Assembly (NCBI RefSeq): GCF_037042905.1
Contig: NC_087251.1
Coordinates: forward strand, 19,656,001-19,720,000
Source of the DNA: Lytechinus pictus
Lineage: Eukaryota
Reading direction: 5' to 3'
DNA: 64,000 nucleotides
Positions 1 to 13,800 of the stretch are shown here, in pieces. Under the pieces are notes generated by a model, which was not told the origin of the DNA, ran no database searches, and worked only from the letters and a program-made list of their open reading frames with translations. Position 1 is the first letter of the stretch, and each line of letters starts with the position of its first letter. The position numbers were made by a program, and so were the translations under genes.

Positions 1-803
1 TGTTGGCTCATTACGGCACTGGGACAACCCCTTCAAAGAAACAAAAAAAAAATCAACTTTGAGCGGCCGATCGGGGAAAATATGGGTGAAAAAATGGCCC
101 CTCCCCCTAATGGCGGAAGCTGGGTCCGCCCCTGACTTAGGCTTTCAGGATATAATACATGATAAATCTATTTAAAAAATCAGATCGCGCTTCGCGTTCT
201 CATTATTTATTTAGGCCTTGTGAGATACCTCAATTTGTTTTTAAGAATGAAATATCAGATTTTCTTTGACGTCTACCCCCCCCCCATTTCATTTATTTTT
301 TTAACTTGGTGCCCTCGCCACCCACCCCCCCCCCTGTGCACCCATGCTGAATAAATACGCCACTGATGAGGAGAATTAGTCGATTGCTTCGAGATTGCAT
401 TATTCCCAAGAGGTTATCATTAATATTATTGAAGGGTATTCTAACACAACAGTACAGAAACTACAGCTCCCGTTCACAGAATATTCTAGTAGGGCCTACT
501 CTGGTAAGAAGTTAAACCAAATTGAACCCCCCCCCCCAAAAAAAAAAAAAATCGCTCGTGCTTTGCACTCCCATTGATATTACATTATATATTCATGGAT
601 TTTTTTTTCAAGAACACATGGAAAAAGTGGTCTTTGGTTTTTTTTTAATGTGATTATAAGATAATTCAAAATCCATTTAAGGCACTTTAGTTAGCCTGGC
701 CGGGAGGGAGTGGGCGCCATTTTTCGAAAAGTACACATATGGGCGCCAAAAATCAGGTCAAATTTGCCCCCCCTCCCTCCCCACGAAATCCTGGATCCGC
801 GCC

Positions 804-1758
804 TGGGTTCTATAACAATAACCCAATAAGGGCAATCACCCCCTGACAACTACTTCAAGGAAAATATTATCCCCATATTTTTACCGGCGGGGACTGATAC
901 CCCCCCCCCCGGAAATTTACCCTCCAGATAATTACCCCGGATAATTACTCCTAGTATGGAGCCTTGAAAATGCCATTAACGTGACGACATGGCGTGGTAC
1001 TTTATCTTGCCATGTCTTAATTAATCATTGGCGGCGGAAGGCAAAACAATTTAGGGGGGTCCACCTGAAATTTTGGGATGGACACAGGTAAAAAAATTGA
1101 CAAGCAAATCAACAGGAAGGACCACCAATTTTGAAAAAATTTTGACAAGAAAAAAGGTTATAAACCAAAATTAGGGGGACAAAAAGATTTTAGGGGGGGG
1201 TCCACCTCAATTTAGGGGGGACGTAGAAAACAAATTGACAAGCCAAAAAAAGGTTCTCAACTAAAAATCTAGGGGGGACCGTCCCCCACCTCAAATTTAG
1301 GAGGAAAGGTCCCACCCCCCCCCCCCGCTTCCGCCGCCTAAGTAATTAATACGCTTATTATTTTGACATAGCGATATATTCTATCTTGTCAAATCGATAT
1401 GTCCACATGGCGAGATATGAATTGTACAAGCCCCGGCGAGAATCCCGATATATCGCTATGTTGACATGTAACTTATTTAGGTCGACTTGGCAAGATAAAA
1501 TATCTCGCCATGTTGACATATAACTTTTTATAAGTGGACTGACTTGGCAGGATAACGTATCGCGCCATTATTTAGTCGACATGGCAAGATAAAGTATCTC
1601 GCCATGTCGTCAAGTCGATGGCTCCGTATGGCGTCTAGAGGGTAAATTTCCGGGGGGGGGGGGGTAACAGTCCCTGACGATAAAATATGGGGATAATATT
1701 TTCCTTGAAGTAGATGTCAGGGGGCGATTGTCCTTTGGGTCATCGTTATAGAACCCCA
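804..1758. mobile_element. Foldback/MITE-type non-autonomous DNA transposon with ~125-bp inverted arms and nested inserts
   Basis: 804-930 (gggttctataacaataacccaat...ggaaatttaccctccag) is the reverse complement of ~1635-1758 (ctagagggtaaatttcc...cgttatagaacccc). The interior holds palindromic gacatggcgagata/tatctcgccatgtc repeats and the hAT-like MITE at 1026-1342. Confidence 0.8.
1026..1342. mobile_element. hAT-like MITE with 8-bp TSD
   Basis: TIRs CATTGGCGGCGGAAG / CTTCCGCCGCCTAAG, flanked on both sides by TAATTAAT (1018-1025 and 1343-1350). An 8-bp TSD with CA termini is typical of hAT. Confidence 0.8.
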
Positions 1759-1835
1759 ATGGACTCGTATCATTGGCCTTTTGACCTCTTGATGGCATTG
1801 GATCTCACTATATCCTGACCATAATTTTACACACA

Positions 1836-1994
1836 CCGCGGGCTATCGGACCCGCGGTCTATCGGACCCGCGGACTATCGGACCCGCGGTCTATCGGACC
1901 CGCGGTCTATCGGACCCGCGGACTATCGGACCCGCGGTCTATCGGACCCGCGGGCTATCGGACCCGCGGTCTATCGGACCCGCGGTCTATCGGG
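1836..1994. repeat. 16-bp minisatellite, 10 copies (CCGCGGNCTATCGGAC)
   Basis: Head-to-tail units with no spacers. Apart from the last unit, only position 7 varies (g,t,a,t,t,a,t,g,t,t). Confidence 0.97.
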
Positions 1995-4900
1995 CTGTAA
2001 CCTTTCATTCCCTCATCGATCTCGCCCATGACACCTAGCTCAATGTACCCCCTGTCGTTCAAGTAAGTCGATTAAGCCATACTGATCTATACGTCTTAAA
2101 GGCAATGCCAGATACCACCCATTTTTTCCTTTTTTTTTTTATTGTAGGTAGCTGGTAATTATTCCTGCAGCAGAGGACAAAGTTTTGCAAACATTTCGAA
2201 TTTTACTTTGAAAATATTACTAAAATCAGACATGAGCAGCAAATTTGAGTATGACAAAGAGGTATTCTCGTTCGTTACTGAGACCATTAATTGGTTTAAA
2301 TTTCTTTGGATCCGCATTTATGACAGACTCCCCCTTTTTTATTTTATCTATAAAAAGATGATTTATATCTGTATCCTTGCTTGTGCTTGATATCATTCAA
2401 TAGTATACAGAAAGTTGGCTTTTTCCTATTTTGGTAAATATATTGTTAGAAGCTCTAAACCACAAGTGACGCAGGCTTTAACAGAGTGCTATTGTTTGAA
2501 AGAAATCGGGTTAAATACGTCACGGGTGTCATTAATTCATCAATAATATTGAGAGCACTTCTGTGATAAACATCCCTTATAAACCTTATTAACAAGGCAG
2601 GAGGGGTTAGGATCGTAGTCTATCTACCGAGCAAATTATGTTATTTTATAACTGAATTAGTTAATTTTGTGCAAGGTAAACTGAATTATATTGTGTAATA
2701 ATGAGAGCCAGACGAAACACAACCAAATTAATGTACTGTACATTACATTTTATCAAAATAAGATTCTTGCCCCATGTTAGAAGAGACTCTTCCCAGTAAA
2801 TAATTTTAAGATTTTAATGAAAAAAATCACATGCGTAATGATAGAGTCTAAATAGGATAATGACAATAATAGGTATCTACATTTATTGGTTTGGTAATGT
2901 GTTTGTGACACCTGTAATGGTATCTTCATTGAAATGGACATGGTGATTGAATGTCAATTTTAGATTATAGCCACTTTGTTTTAAATCAACTATCTATCGT
3001 TGACGTTATGTCTTGGAATTAAAAAAAAATTCTCAGAAATAAAAAAAATCTAGTAAGGGAGTAGTTTACTTAGCAATACTACTTTCTATAGCTAGAACAT
3101 AATTTTGTTATAAAAAGAAAATCCAAGATGCTCATTTGGATCATATGTCTCTCATAGTGCTATAAGAACCATTCTTCCACGATTTTTGCCAACAAAAAGA
3201 AACATACATCACCAAATCGCCTCCAAGTGTTTCACCTAAGGTGTTGCTATTCAGAATGACATCTTTAATTCATAAATACACCTTAGGATATAATATGATT
3301 CTCTTTGTATATCTTCAACCGTATTATATGATAGGAAAGCGAGTCCAAAGTGTCAAGACGGCAGAGTCTTGCCCCATTCATGCCCCCTTTGGGATACTTT
3401 GTAATCATCCTTCGGGCAAGGTGGGGGCTAGTATTTCCCCCAACTGTTCGCCTGTGCACGTGCATAGATGATCAGTGGCGACAATGGTATAACAAATGAA
3501 GGCAGTCATTCACTTGGATTAAGGTAAATTGAAAAGTAGAACGATATTTTTCGTCCATAAAGAACCGGGTTACAATGTCGACCACGTTGTTCATTGGGCA
3601 ATTCTAAACCACATTTTCAAACGACTTCTTCTTCCGAAATATATATATATTTTTTAATATTTTACATTCTATTTTTGGTTCTTCATTTTTATTTTCAACT
3701 GTAGACGATAAATGATATGACCCTTAAATAAAGCAAATACACTTTAAAAGTAAAGTCCATGTTATTAGACCATATACAAAAAAGGTACAAATAACGATGA
3801 AAGATTCTTTTAGCTACAAAACACAACAATATTATAATTTATGGGTTGTTTTTTCGATGACTATCATTGCAACTTGGAAAGGTAATTGCAGCGGTGTGAA
3901 TGTATTAAGTAGTGAATTAGCATGCTATATCATTCAATCAGACATACATAACAAGACTAAACTGTTCAGAATGTTGCGTTATGTGTTACCTGGTCAGATT
4001 TGAGTAGTTGAGGGACTCTTACGGTTTCTCGTTCGTATCTGCCCTATCGCATTCTCGTGCTTGTCCCTTTAACGAAAACAAAACCCACATGAAATCTTTA
4101 ATTTCCGACTTAGAAAATGAGAGAAAGAAAGGTGGGGAAAGAGATAGACGAAATAAAAAATGGCTTCAGTACAATTTTCTCTTTGTAAATAATGAAATAA
4201 AAGATTTAAAAAAAAATCAGTTATCAAATCGCAAAACAAAATTTGTGAAATAAACATCAGAAAAAATGAGGATTATTTGTTATTTTATTTTGATTATGAT
4301 TAATGATAAATGAACAGTCTGTGGAGGGCTCAACAATAAAAGCAATCATTTTGAAAAGGTGACAAATTTAGCCCGCTCGCAACTTTTTTTAAAAAGGAAA
4401 TTTGCCGTATTCGTAAACATGTATTGCTCATTATGCCCCTGATTTGTAAAAATGCAAACGAAATTAGTTTTCACCCGATTATCCTTCAATATTCTGAGAT
4501 TTTCCCCATTAAAAAAAAAAAGAAAAATGAATTATCTGAATGACCCTCGATCGGTAACTCGCTTCCAACAGATTGTTATATTTGTAGGAGAATGACGAAA
4601 ATACTTTACTCAGATCCACCCAGGTGAGTATGGTCATGATTGTGTGTTAGCTTCAAATAAATATCGATGTGTGTGCGCAGACTTATCATAAGCATGGACA
4701 AGATTTAAGTGAGAAATAATTCTTTACACGAATATTAAGGAGTTGACTTAGCCGTAGATAGCAGCCACTGCAAATATTTTTACGAGGTATAGATTAACTA
4801 CCAATTATCTCAAGTTTACTCTTTCAGAAATCGGAAGTCTCCCAGATATCATTTGCACTGCACCTAACCTTATTTTAAACAAAAATGTCTCAATCTTTTT

Positions 4901-5502
4901 TCCAGAGTGACGAGGACACAATTTCGAAACAAAATAACAGTGAATAATAACAGGTATTTGTTGTTTTATGCGTATATTAACTTCAATTTAGTGATTTATG
5001 TACATGGATTTTTGAAAGCGACTCTAAGCAAACATTGTATAATATCAAATTATTTCTTATTTTATCAAGCAGTGTTTACATATAAAGGATTATAATTTAC
5101 CCAATCATTTCCGTGACAAGCCTACAATAGAAAAAGAGTATATTCACATAACTCAAACTGCTGTCGATATTATAGTCGGCATTTGTAATTTCATTGTCAG
5201 AAATAAGAACTTGTATTGTGTATTACAGAATTAGATTGTGATTGTAAGTTATCATAGTAAGATCCTCACGAGTTCCTGATACACTTAAGTGTGTATCTCA
5301 CGAATCTCCTTAAATCATTCCATACATCGTCGGACACTCAAGGGCGTGGTCTTGGGACCTGGATGAATGGCGGATTGACATTAATAGATACAGTCTTGAT
5401 TGTGCGGTGGTATGTCATTAAGCACGAGCGTCTAACTAATAATCGCTCAAATGCGGAAGTACTTGGGCTAGATAAGAATGCAAACAAGCTTGTTTTGAAG
5501 AA

Positions 5503-5523
5503 GCAGCAGCAGCAGCAGCAGCA
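5503..5523 (+). repeat. Short (CAG)n microsatellite
   Basis: gcagcagcagcagcagcagca; explains the poly-Q and poly-C tracts in the ORF track. Confidence 0.9.
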
Positions 5524-8500
5524 ATAGCAAAGCATCGAAATGTTATGTTTGTTCTCAACTCCTGCGCTCCATGGCACTTTGACAAACACATACGTCCTCT
5601 GAGCCACTGCCACACCAGTCTCTATTGATACTACTAGGTAGGTTCACATGACACTCCCTCAATTTTAATTTCATTCATTTCATTTTCCTTAGCTCTCTAA
5701 TATCATTACAATAGCTAAATGACAAAGTATACCACCCATTCAAGTAACTAGAAATAAGTTCTGCAAATCTGTCTTACCTTCGAGCTTTTATAAAGATATG
5801 CTGTGGAAAATAAAGGTCTACATAGTTTCGGTAACAATTCTTGATCGAGCTATTTTTTTTATCCATATTGTAGTACAAAATTTATCAATCATAATGTGTA
5901 GCTCGAGTTACATTACTCTTTGCGAAATGTTCAAGTGGTAAAAAAGAAGTTAAATGACAACGATCACGAATGAACACAACTTTCATGTCAGCAATCTCAA
6001 TCTCGCCAAAGTTGATATCGGTGTCGAGATCACGGAGTCGGAAACCAGTCTTCCGCTTCTTAACCCAACCACGTCAAATGGTTGAGACTCTTCAGATGGA
6101 CGTCCTACCTGGGAGCAAGAGGGGGACTGAAAGGGTTAAGAGAGATCTGGTCAATGTTTTTAGAGTTGATCATGACTATTAATTGACAGATTGAAGATGT
6201 GACAGACAGGTGTGAAATGTAGGCATTCGTGTATATTATATTGTCATTCCATATATGATTCTCTTAAAAAGAAAAAAAAACTGCTGCAATTTCATCAAAT
6301 CGCTTTCATGGCTACATAAATGGTGAAGTTGGTATAGATAACTGTCTGTTTTGGGGAAGGAGACTATAAACTATAATATAGAATAAAAATAATAATGATA
6401 GATATTTAAACACATAAACATTATTGAATTGTATTAACAGCTGATCATTGTCGCCATCTCATAATAGAATAAAAAGATCAAGGTCATTGAACGAGGATCA
6501 AAATCAATGTCCTTCGTCTACTAGTCTGCAGGCACAGACCCAAAGTTGATACATATAATACCGTGTCTATGGTGGAGACTAGACTTCAAACCCGAAACAG
6601 CCAGAGTACGTGAGTGAATCTAGTCTTATACTTCAGACTCCGCATTAATAATCTTTTCCCTATTGACTGCTATCTGAATATGAAAATACTACACTTACAT
6701 GAATTACTATATAAAAAGATCTAACTGACTCAGTTATTCAAAATTTACAAAGGTTCTGTCATTATTTATACGCAAGTCGTATCATCGCGATATGAAAGTG
6801 TTATGATGTTACCATGTTTGATTACGTCATCGAGATGATGGTGTCAATCAGACACGTTTATGTAACCCCGAGGTAAATCTGGTGTACGATCCATGCTCCG
6901 ATGATTGACGGAACCCGATGGGGCAGTAATTAATTCGACAGCGATCAAATAACAACACCTCAAAATGAAGTCAGTAATGCGGAAACTGGTCATACAAAGA
7001 AGAGATAATTTGTAAAGCAATCCGCGTCTCGAACACAGGGTGCTAGAGACCGGTTATTTATTGCATTTACGCGATAATCGGTGGGGTTGGTATCGATTCG
7101 CGTTGCTGACTAACGCACAATTCTTGTTTCGTCAGTGGTTAACTTGGAGTTTTCTCTCGTCTCCTTTCCAAAGCGATATGTTATGTCGATTGATAGAGAC
7201 ACTTTTTGAGTGCAAAGAGACGTGTCGTAACACAATCCTCAAATCGGCACCGTCTTGGGGCGACAGGTCTGAGCAGAAAGGACAGCTCGTTGCCAATACA
7301 TGTCAACTGCAATACAGTTGGAGCACTCGAAACTGTGTAAACCGGTAACCGAATCGGTGTTGCTAATTGGGCGGGTGGGGTCGACCAACATGGCCGATAA
7401 TTAACTACCAGAGGGGGTTGGGAGAGCTAGCTATGCTAGCCAATCACGACGCAGATTTCAGGCAGCCGCCAAAGCTGTAAAAATATCGAGTGCCATTTTG
7501 CCCGGCGGCGGAATTCCCCTGCGCTAAGAGCCTAAACGATGCTGTTTATGTAGGTGCAATAAGCTTTGTTAATAAAAGCTCTCCATAAAATGAATATTCT
7601 ATCAACAAGTACATATGCATGAGAGTGTAAAGGAGCCCTCTTGCGACCAAATTCCTTGAGGAGTGCTCAGGGTAGTTCCTTCACCTAATCTTGAGAGACG
7701 TAACCGAACCCTGGCCAGGGTCCTAACCTACAGGACGAAGTCTGGTTAGAGGGTCTACTGCTCCGAGCTTGCTAAGGGTATCACAATAGCGCAAATGGGC
7801 ATTGAATGCCCTGTGTGTTTAGCGAGACCACATCGATCGTAAGTCCATTAATTCTGGCACTACTTCTAACACGAAGGTATTGCGGATAGAACTCTGTGTC
7901 TCAAGGCTACAATCCAATTCATGCCATTCAGTTTGGCCACTACAGCAGAAGACACGATCAGTCATCGGAATATCGATGCAAATACATGAACCCCCTTCTC
8001 TCTCTCTTCCGCTTTATTAAAGGATTGGTGCAATTTTAATGGGCAAATAAGCGTGCTAAGGATATCTTTTCAAGCTTCCTGCCTGCAAAGTGTCCCTAAA
8101 AGCGACTAAACGTCAGACAATAGTGTATAGATTTCACACTTGCGTAAATTCTATTGTACCAGGCTCAACCCTAAATACAGTATTCATATTTTCTTTGGTA
8201 AGGGAAGGATGAATGGGTCTGTATGTCGGTAGAATTACCTGGCCCATAAAGATTAACTCAATGAATTATTGAGCGTGGTTAACGGTTCTCCTTTTGGGGA
8301 TTTTTCCAGAAAACATGAAAGAATTGGTAATTGTTCCCATGTTCCGTTGTTGGTAAGACCCGCCTTAGAGTAATCTCAAATGAAAATCAAAAGAAGAGGA
8401 GGGGAAGGATGGAGCGAGGCGCTGAAAGGAGGAGCGAAAGGTGCAAAGTAATCGCAATTGATGTTGACAACAATCATCTTAAAAACTTTCTTGGATACCA

Positions 8501-10504
8501 GGTTTTCTTCAGGTAGAAAAGAAGTCTGATTTGGGGGATGTGAGAAGCCCCAGAAAGCAAAAGTATCGATTCACAACTCCGCCACAATAGACCGGATGAA
8601 AGTGACACACATTCAACCTAAGCAGCTGCAGTTGGCACCAATTCACTCTTAAAATATACAGCCTGTCTAAGAAAAATGTTAAACTTATTACTAAACACGT
8701 AAATGAATGTAATAGCGTAATGAACTCAAGTTGTCTTATAAACAGAGAGAACATTCGCATCAATACATGGTAATATTCAGTATTCACACCTCCGTAGGTA
8801 AACTCCCTTCCATTAAAAAGTACCAAAGGCATTGAAAGTCAGTGTCAACATTACCAATTTAATTAGTTCTGTATCATTTCAAAATTTATGTTTGATTGTA
8901 GAAAACTTGATCTGTGGATAAAACATACTAAAATGTGTCAAGTGCTTCTAAAAACAATAACCGATTTCTTTAAAAACCATCTCGAATTATTTTCGTATAT
9001 TTTTTATGGAAGGACTGTTATCTGACCTTGGTCGATGCTTGAAAGTATGATTTGACAAGAAATCATCCAAAATATCACGTTGCTATCGTCATGAATATAA
9101 ATTCTTTACTAATTCTGTGTCACAGCGGTGTCGATATGATGTAAACATGGTGTCACTGTGTCTACCACGTGTTCCACAATTGCACATTCGGCGCCAAAAT
9201 ATAATTCGTTCGTCTTCTGCAACTCCTTATTTTCCAATTGAACGTCTGCTCTTTTGTCTCAGGTATGGCTAGAAACACTTGATATCTGATAAGATGTGAT
9301 GAGGGTGGCAATCTTATAAGGCTCTACACCTGCCTCGTTCTGGGGTGGCGTAGCTGTATGTGCCACACTTTATGTTTTAAGACTTCATGTTACCAATCAT
9401 TTTTCTCATCACCGTTAATAGATGACATCTAAACTAAAGTCAACGTTTTAATTTTTTTTCTTACGGGAGGCAGGTGATCATTTTGGATTGAAGGGTGATC
9501 TTTTAACACAATCAAATTTTGGGCCTTTTGTCTATTTTGTATTTATCTGTGCGAATTTTTTTCAGTTTTAGTTTTTTTTTCTTTTGGAGTCAGGGGCTCT
9601 AATTAGCCCGACACTAACACCAAAGCCTGCTGTTATGTTATTGATTTGAAAACACTTTCGAATGAAATGAAAAAAAAAACTCTTTCAGATCTCAAAGTTC
9701 AAAATACCAAAAAATATCCTATCGATTCTGATTTTCTGTGGGTTATTTTTATTTGAAATATTATATTGATTAAATCCATTATTTTTCACTCGTTAAGATA
9801 TTAAGATATACATGTATTGTCCATTGGTGTTTTAAGATTATTCCAATAAAATATCACAAATCAAATGTCAAATAGCAGATGCATCATTCTGATGTGATAG
9901 AGATTGAAATAAATCATTAAGCTTGAACTTGATAAAAACCATCAGAACAATGTTTTGCAATACTATTCCATGGAAACATTAAAATAAAGTACAGTGTTTC
10001 ATTATGTGTTTTTTTTTCTTCTCATTTTAACCATTTCACATAATCTAAGGAATACAGCTTTCTGTATAAAAGCAACCCCTCTCTATAAAAAAAATCTTTT
10101 AAATATTCTGCCTTCAGTCGTGCTGCTCAAAAACTCTCGAAGAAAGTTAACTGCCTGAGGAATTAAGAAAGCTTTCATCTCTTGCTCTCTTCAATTTTTG
10201 TCATGTATGTTGAGTCTTTCTTCCCACAAATATTACAATGTGAACGTGAAAATGAAATGGAACTATTGTTTAATCTCTATGGTTATAGTTTAATTATAAG
10301 CTTATTTATCTGCTATTTGAAATAAAATTGTGATTCCACGCTCAACCGTTTGACTGTTTGATATCTTCACTGAACTTGTTTCTGATTAAAATAAATATAT
10401 TTACTTTAGGTTTCATTGGCTTCGAACCCTGAACGTCTTTGGCGACACCTCTTCGCACACAGCTGCGTGATTTAGGAGCCATACTTGGTGCAGCGAAAGA
10501 CTCA

Positions 10505-10837
10505 GGCCCGTGTTCTTAACTTTGATTCAAAATCTGATCTAAAGTTGTGGTTTAACCACTTCCCTGGTTTAACTGTGGATAGCCAACTGTGACACAAATT
10601 TCTATAACACTACCCTGCTTTCTAGTTATCAGCTCTTTTGTCACCCATTTATCCATAACTGTCAGGAAGTAATATATACTAAATCTTGTTTTCATCCACG
10701 TCATAACATGATGAAAGGACACAGTGAACATAATAGACATTCAACATTAACACATCGTTTGTTTATATAGGTTTTCGGCTTCCCATGATTTCGACCTAGA
10801 ATTAGACCCAAGTTGAGCCAGACTTTCAAATACGGCC
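10505..10837. mobile_element. Degenerate TIR MITE, related to the element at 44271-44563
   Basis: Ends ggcccgtgttctt... / ...tttcaaatacggcc. Internal aaagttgtggtttaac is the reverse complement of gttaaaccacaacttt in the 44.3 kb copy. Confidence 0.6.
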
Positions 10838-13800
10838 AACAGAGTCGATTTTTGGCTTTAACATATCTCCAAATAAAGAAAAGCCCCGACAATTTTTGAT
10901 ACAGCCATATTTATCAAAACAGGATTAAGAATACAGTTCTCTTTTTTAAATCACAAGATATATCTTTGTTCAATATCGTCAGAAATTATATTGCCCGTCA
11001 TTTTGAATTAGTTTAATTTCAAAATCACATGAACTAGCGTTCCTGAGCTTGACGTTATCTTTTCATCCACTTGTAAAATTATATAAATATACAAATACAT
11101 TTGTTTACAAAGTGATTTCAAACATTATGTATTTGAAATTAGTTCCTTACCATTTTACATTTTGAACATACCGTTACAGGTGATGGAAAATCTAAAGCTT
11201 ATTCATTTTCAAACTTGTCGTCATAAAAAGAAGTAATAGAAACATTAAACACGCGTTGTGTGAAAAATGTCGTATAAGTATTGATTTAAGGATGAAATCA
11301 TTGAATGAGACAACAATCTGACTGTCTGAGGATACGAGCTTATAGCTTTGTTGATTTACAATTACTAAATCTTTAAACATGTTGAATATGTGCTTCAACT
11401 GGCAAATTCGATTTGCAAAGAATTAACACCAATGGAGTATAGAGAATGATGATTCGAATGTTAAAATAAGTGGCATTTTCAAACCTTTACCGCAATTGAA
11501 GACATGATTTGCTTAGACAATATATGGATCATGAAGAACGTATGTGGGTCCACAACGCATATTTTTTCCCATTTTCCCTTTTTATTCAGTATCACCCACT
11601 CACTGTCATTTCTTGACACGGAGACATCAGGCTATTGAACGGACTTGTAATTGAGGGTAGAGCATCGCAGCTTTGGAGACGAATCTGCAATCGATCGAGT
11701 AACGATCCAAATGCTATGAGAAGCCCTAGTCAAGATTCATCAATCGGGACAGGAGTCACGCTAAAGTGCAAGATCATAAACTGTCGCCCTAGTTCATCGA
11801 CTTGCTAGCAATAAAGACTGTTATACAGAGGCTCTCGTCTCCATGGGTCTCTCTCTAGGTACCCACCTTCTCCATCCCCTCTTGTCATGTCGGCAGCTTA
11901 CATTAGGATAGCAATCCTCTGATTGATTTCTTGAAAATATTGCTCAAAGTCGCCCGTCCTTTTGTCTCTGTCGCCTTTATTTCGCGGCTGCCTAAATTAG
12001 AAAGTTGGGAGTTGTATCGAGTAACATATGCAGGACCTAATAACGGCAGGGAAGGAGCAGTGCCTAATCGTGAGGAATGACACCAAAATGAGACGCAGGG
12101 AGGCCAAGAGACGTGCTGATTTAGACATCTTTCAGTTATCATCACACAATGAATGCCAGAAAACAAGAGTCGATTGCGAGATGGAAGAAGGCAGAGAAAC
12201 AATAGCCAAGAAGGGATGAGGGAATGAGAATGAGGGGAAATAGATGGGGTTCATGACGAGTTTCTACGATTGTCGAAATGAAATCGCGAAATTCGAAACT
12301 CGATTATAGGTGGATGGTAGGGAGGCTTCTCGGGACATAGCCCGATAGAAAGAGGGGGATTAATCAGCGAGTGCCAGGTCAAATTAGAACTAGCATTTGT
12401 AATTCGACACCAATTGTGGAAGCTGGCGGAATCAGAGCTGACAAAGTGCGATGTCGGTGCTAATTCTCTGCTTCAATATTTGCTCTCGACGTCGGTGAGT
12501 GGGTGCAATGCGTGGTCTCATATAGCTTCCTCATCACATCAATACAACCACCGTTTCGTCATCTTCTCTCTAGCTATGCCTCTCTTCCAATCTCTCTTTC
12601 TTATAACACTTTCTATACCCATCTCCATCTCAACCACTCGCCTAAAACTTTTCATTCCCTGGGATTAGACGCTGCCTAAGAAGATTAATACCGGCAAATT
12701 TTAGACATGATCATAATGCTAAGAAATAAACACCATGGTCCAATAAAGCGCTGTCCTTTCAAATTTTTCATCTTCGTCACCCTTATTTTGCCGAAAACAT
12801 AATGTATTTGTCGACTTGGTGGCGGCGTGGCATGGCGGGATAGCGGTGTGAATGCAGGATTATTTTCCTCTGCCGTTCTGTTTAAGCAGTTTTGTGGCTT
12901 TTCTACCAGCACCGTGATGATTAATTTGTTGTCCTGGGGGTGTCTTCGATCTGATTCTGATGATTAACAAATAAGTTTTGATTAAAAACTAATGATGTCA
13001 CCTTCAGTTAGGGCAACACGATACTCTGGTAATGAAGCAGGCTTGGCATAGGCCGCCGGCTCGTTATCGAATAGTAAGCTACCAACCATTATCAGATATC
13101 GTCCTCTTCTTTCCCCCACAATAAATTCTCTTCTTCATCTTCAGGACATCGCCAGATCCCGAGGGTCAGATTCTTTCCCTTCTTTTGTATTCAATATGTT
13201 GTTGGACATATGTCAAGTTAATTAGGATCACTTATTGGGTCGGATGATTTTCATCAAAGTGCCCGCCGGACCACATTTCTCAAAAAAAGCTGAAAATATA
13301 CATTATTTGTCTGGTTGCTTGTCTGTATGCTTTTAATTATCTTCTAAACCAAATGACCCATTTCCAAAGAATTCTCATTTTTTACGTTCTGACGAAAGGA
13401 ACTTGATGTTGGAGGGTCATCTATGAGGTATCTGTGCTTTATGGCAGCAACATGAACACACAACAGAAAACAAGTCAAAAGTATGTTTTACTATTGAATA
13501 CAAAATTTGATACAATATCAATGGATTTCAAGTTCATAAACAATGCATCACGAAGGACAAAAAACATGACAATTATATTTGTATACATAAATTATATGCA
13601 ATATATGAAAATATCATTCCTGTTTGTTTCCGATGAGACATTCATTATCAAAAACTCCCTTTGCGATTAAAAGCAACTACACAATGACTCAATTCACCGT
13701 TTTTATAACTAAGAATACACCCTTTTTACCATATGTCAAATGACATATTTTTTCTTTCTCCTTTGACATGGATAGAAGTTAAAGATCAGCAGAATTAGTT

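Noticed and set aside
360..400. Hammerhead-ribozyme-like CTGATGA-GGAG...CTTC-GAGA
   Set aside because: It has GAGA instead of the invariant GAAA, no stems I/III, and the CTG belongs to the end of a MITE (acgccactg). Other CTGANGA hits, such as 46550, also lack the core.
1836..1994. CRISPR-like array
   Set aside because: The units are contiguous with no unique spacers, there are no cas genes, and the context is eukaryotic.
6060..6138. Tiny TTAA-CCC...GGG-TTAA piggyBac-like remnant
   Set aside because: The TIR match beyond the terminal few bases is too weak to support a call.
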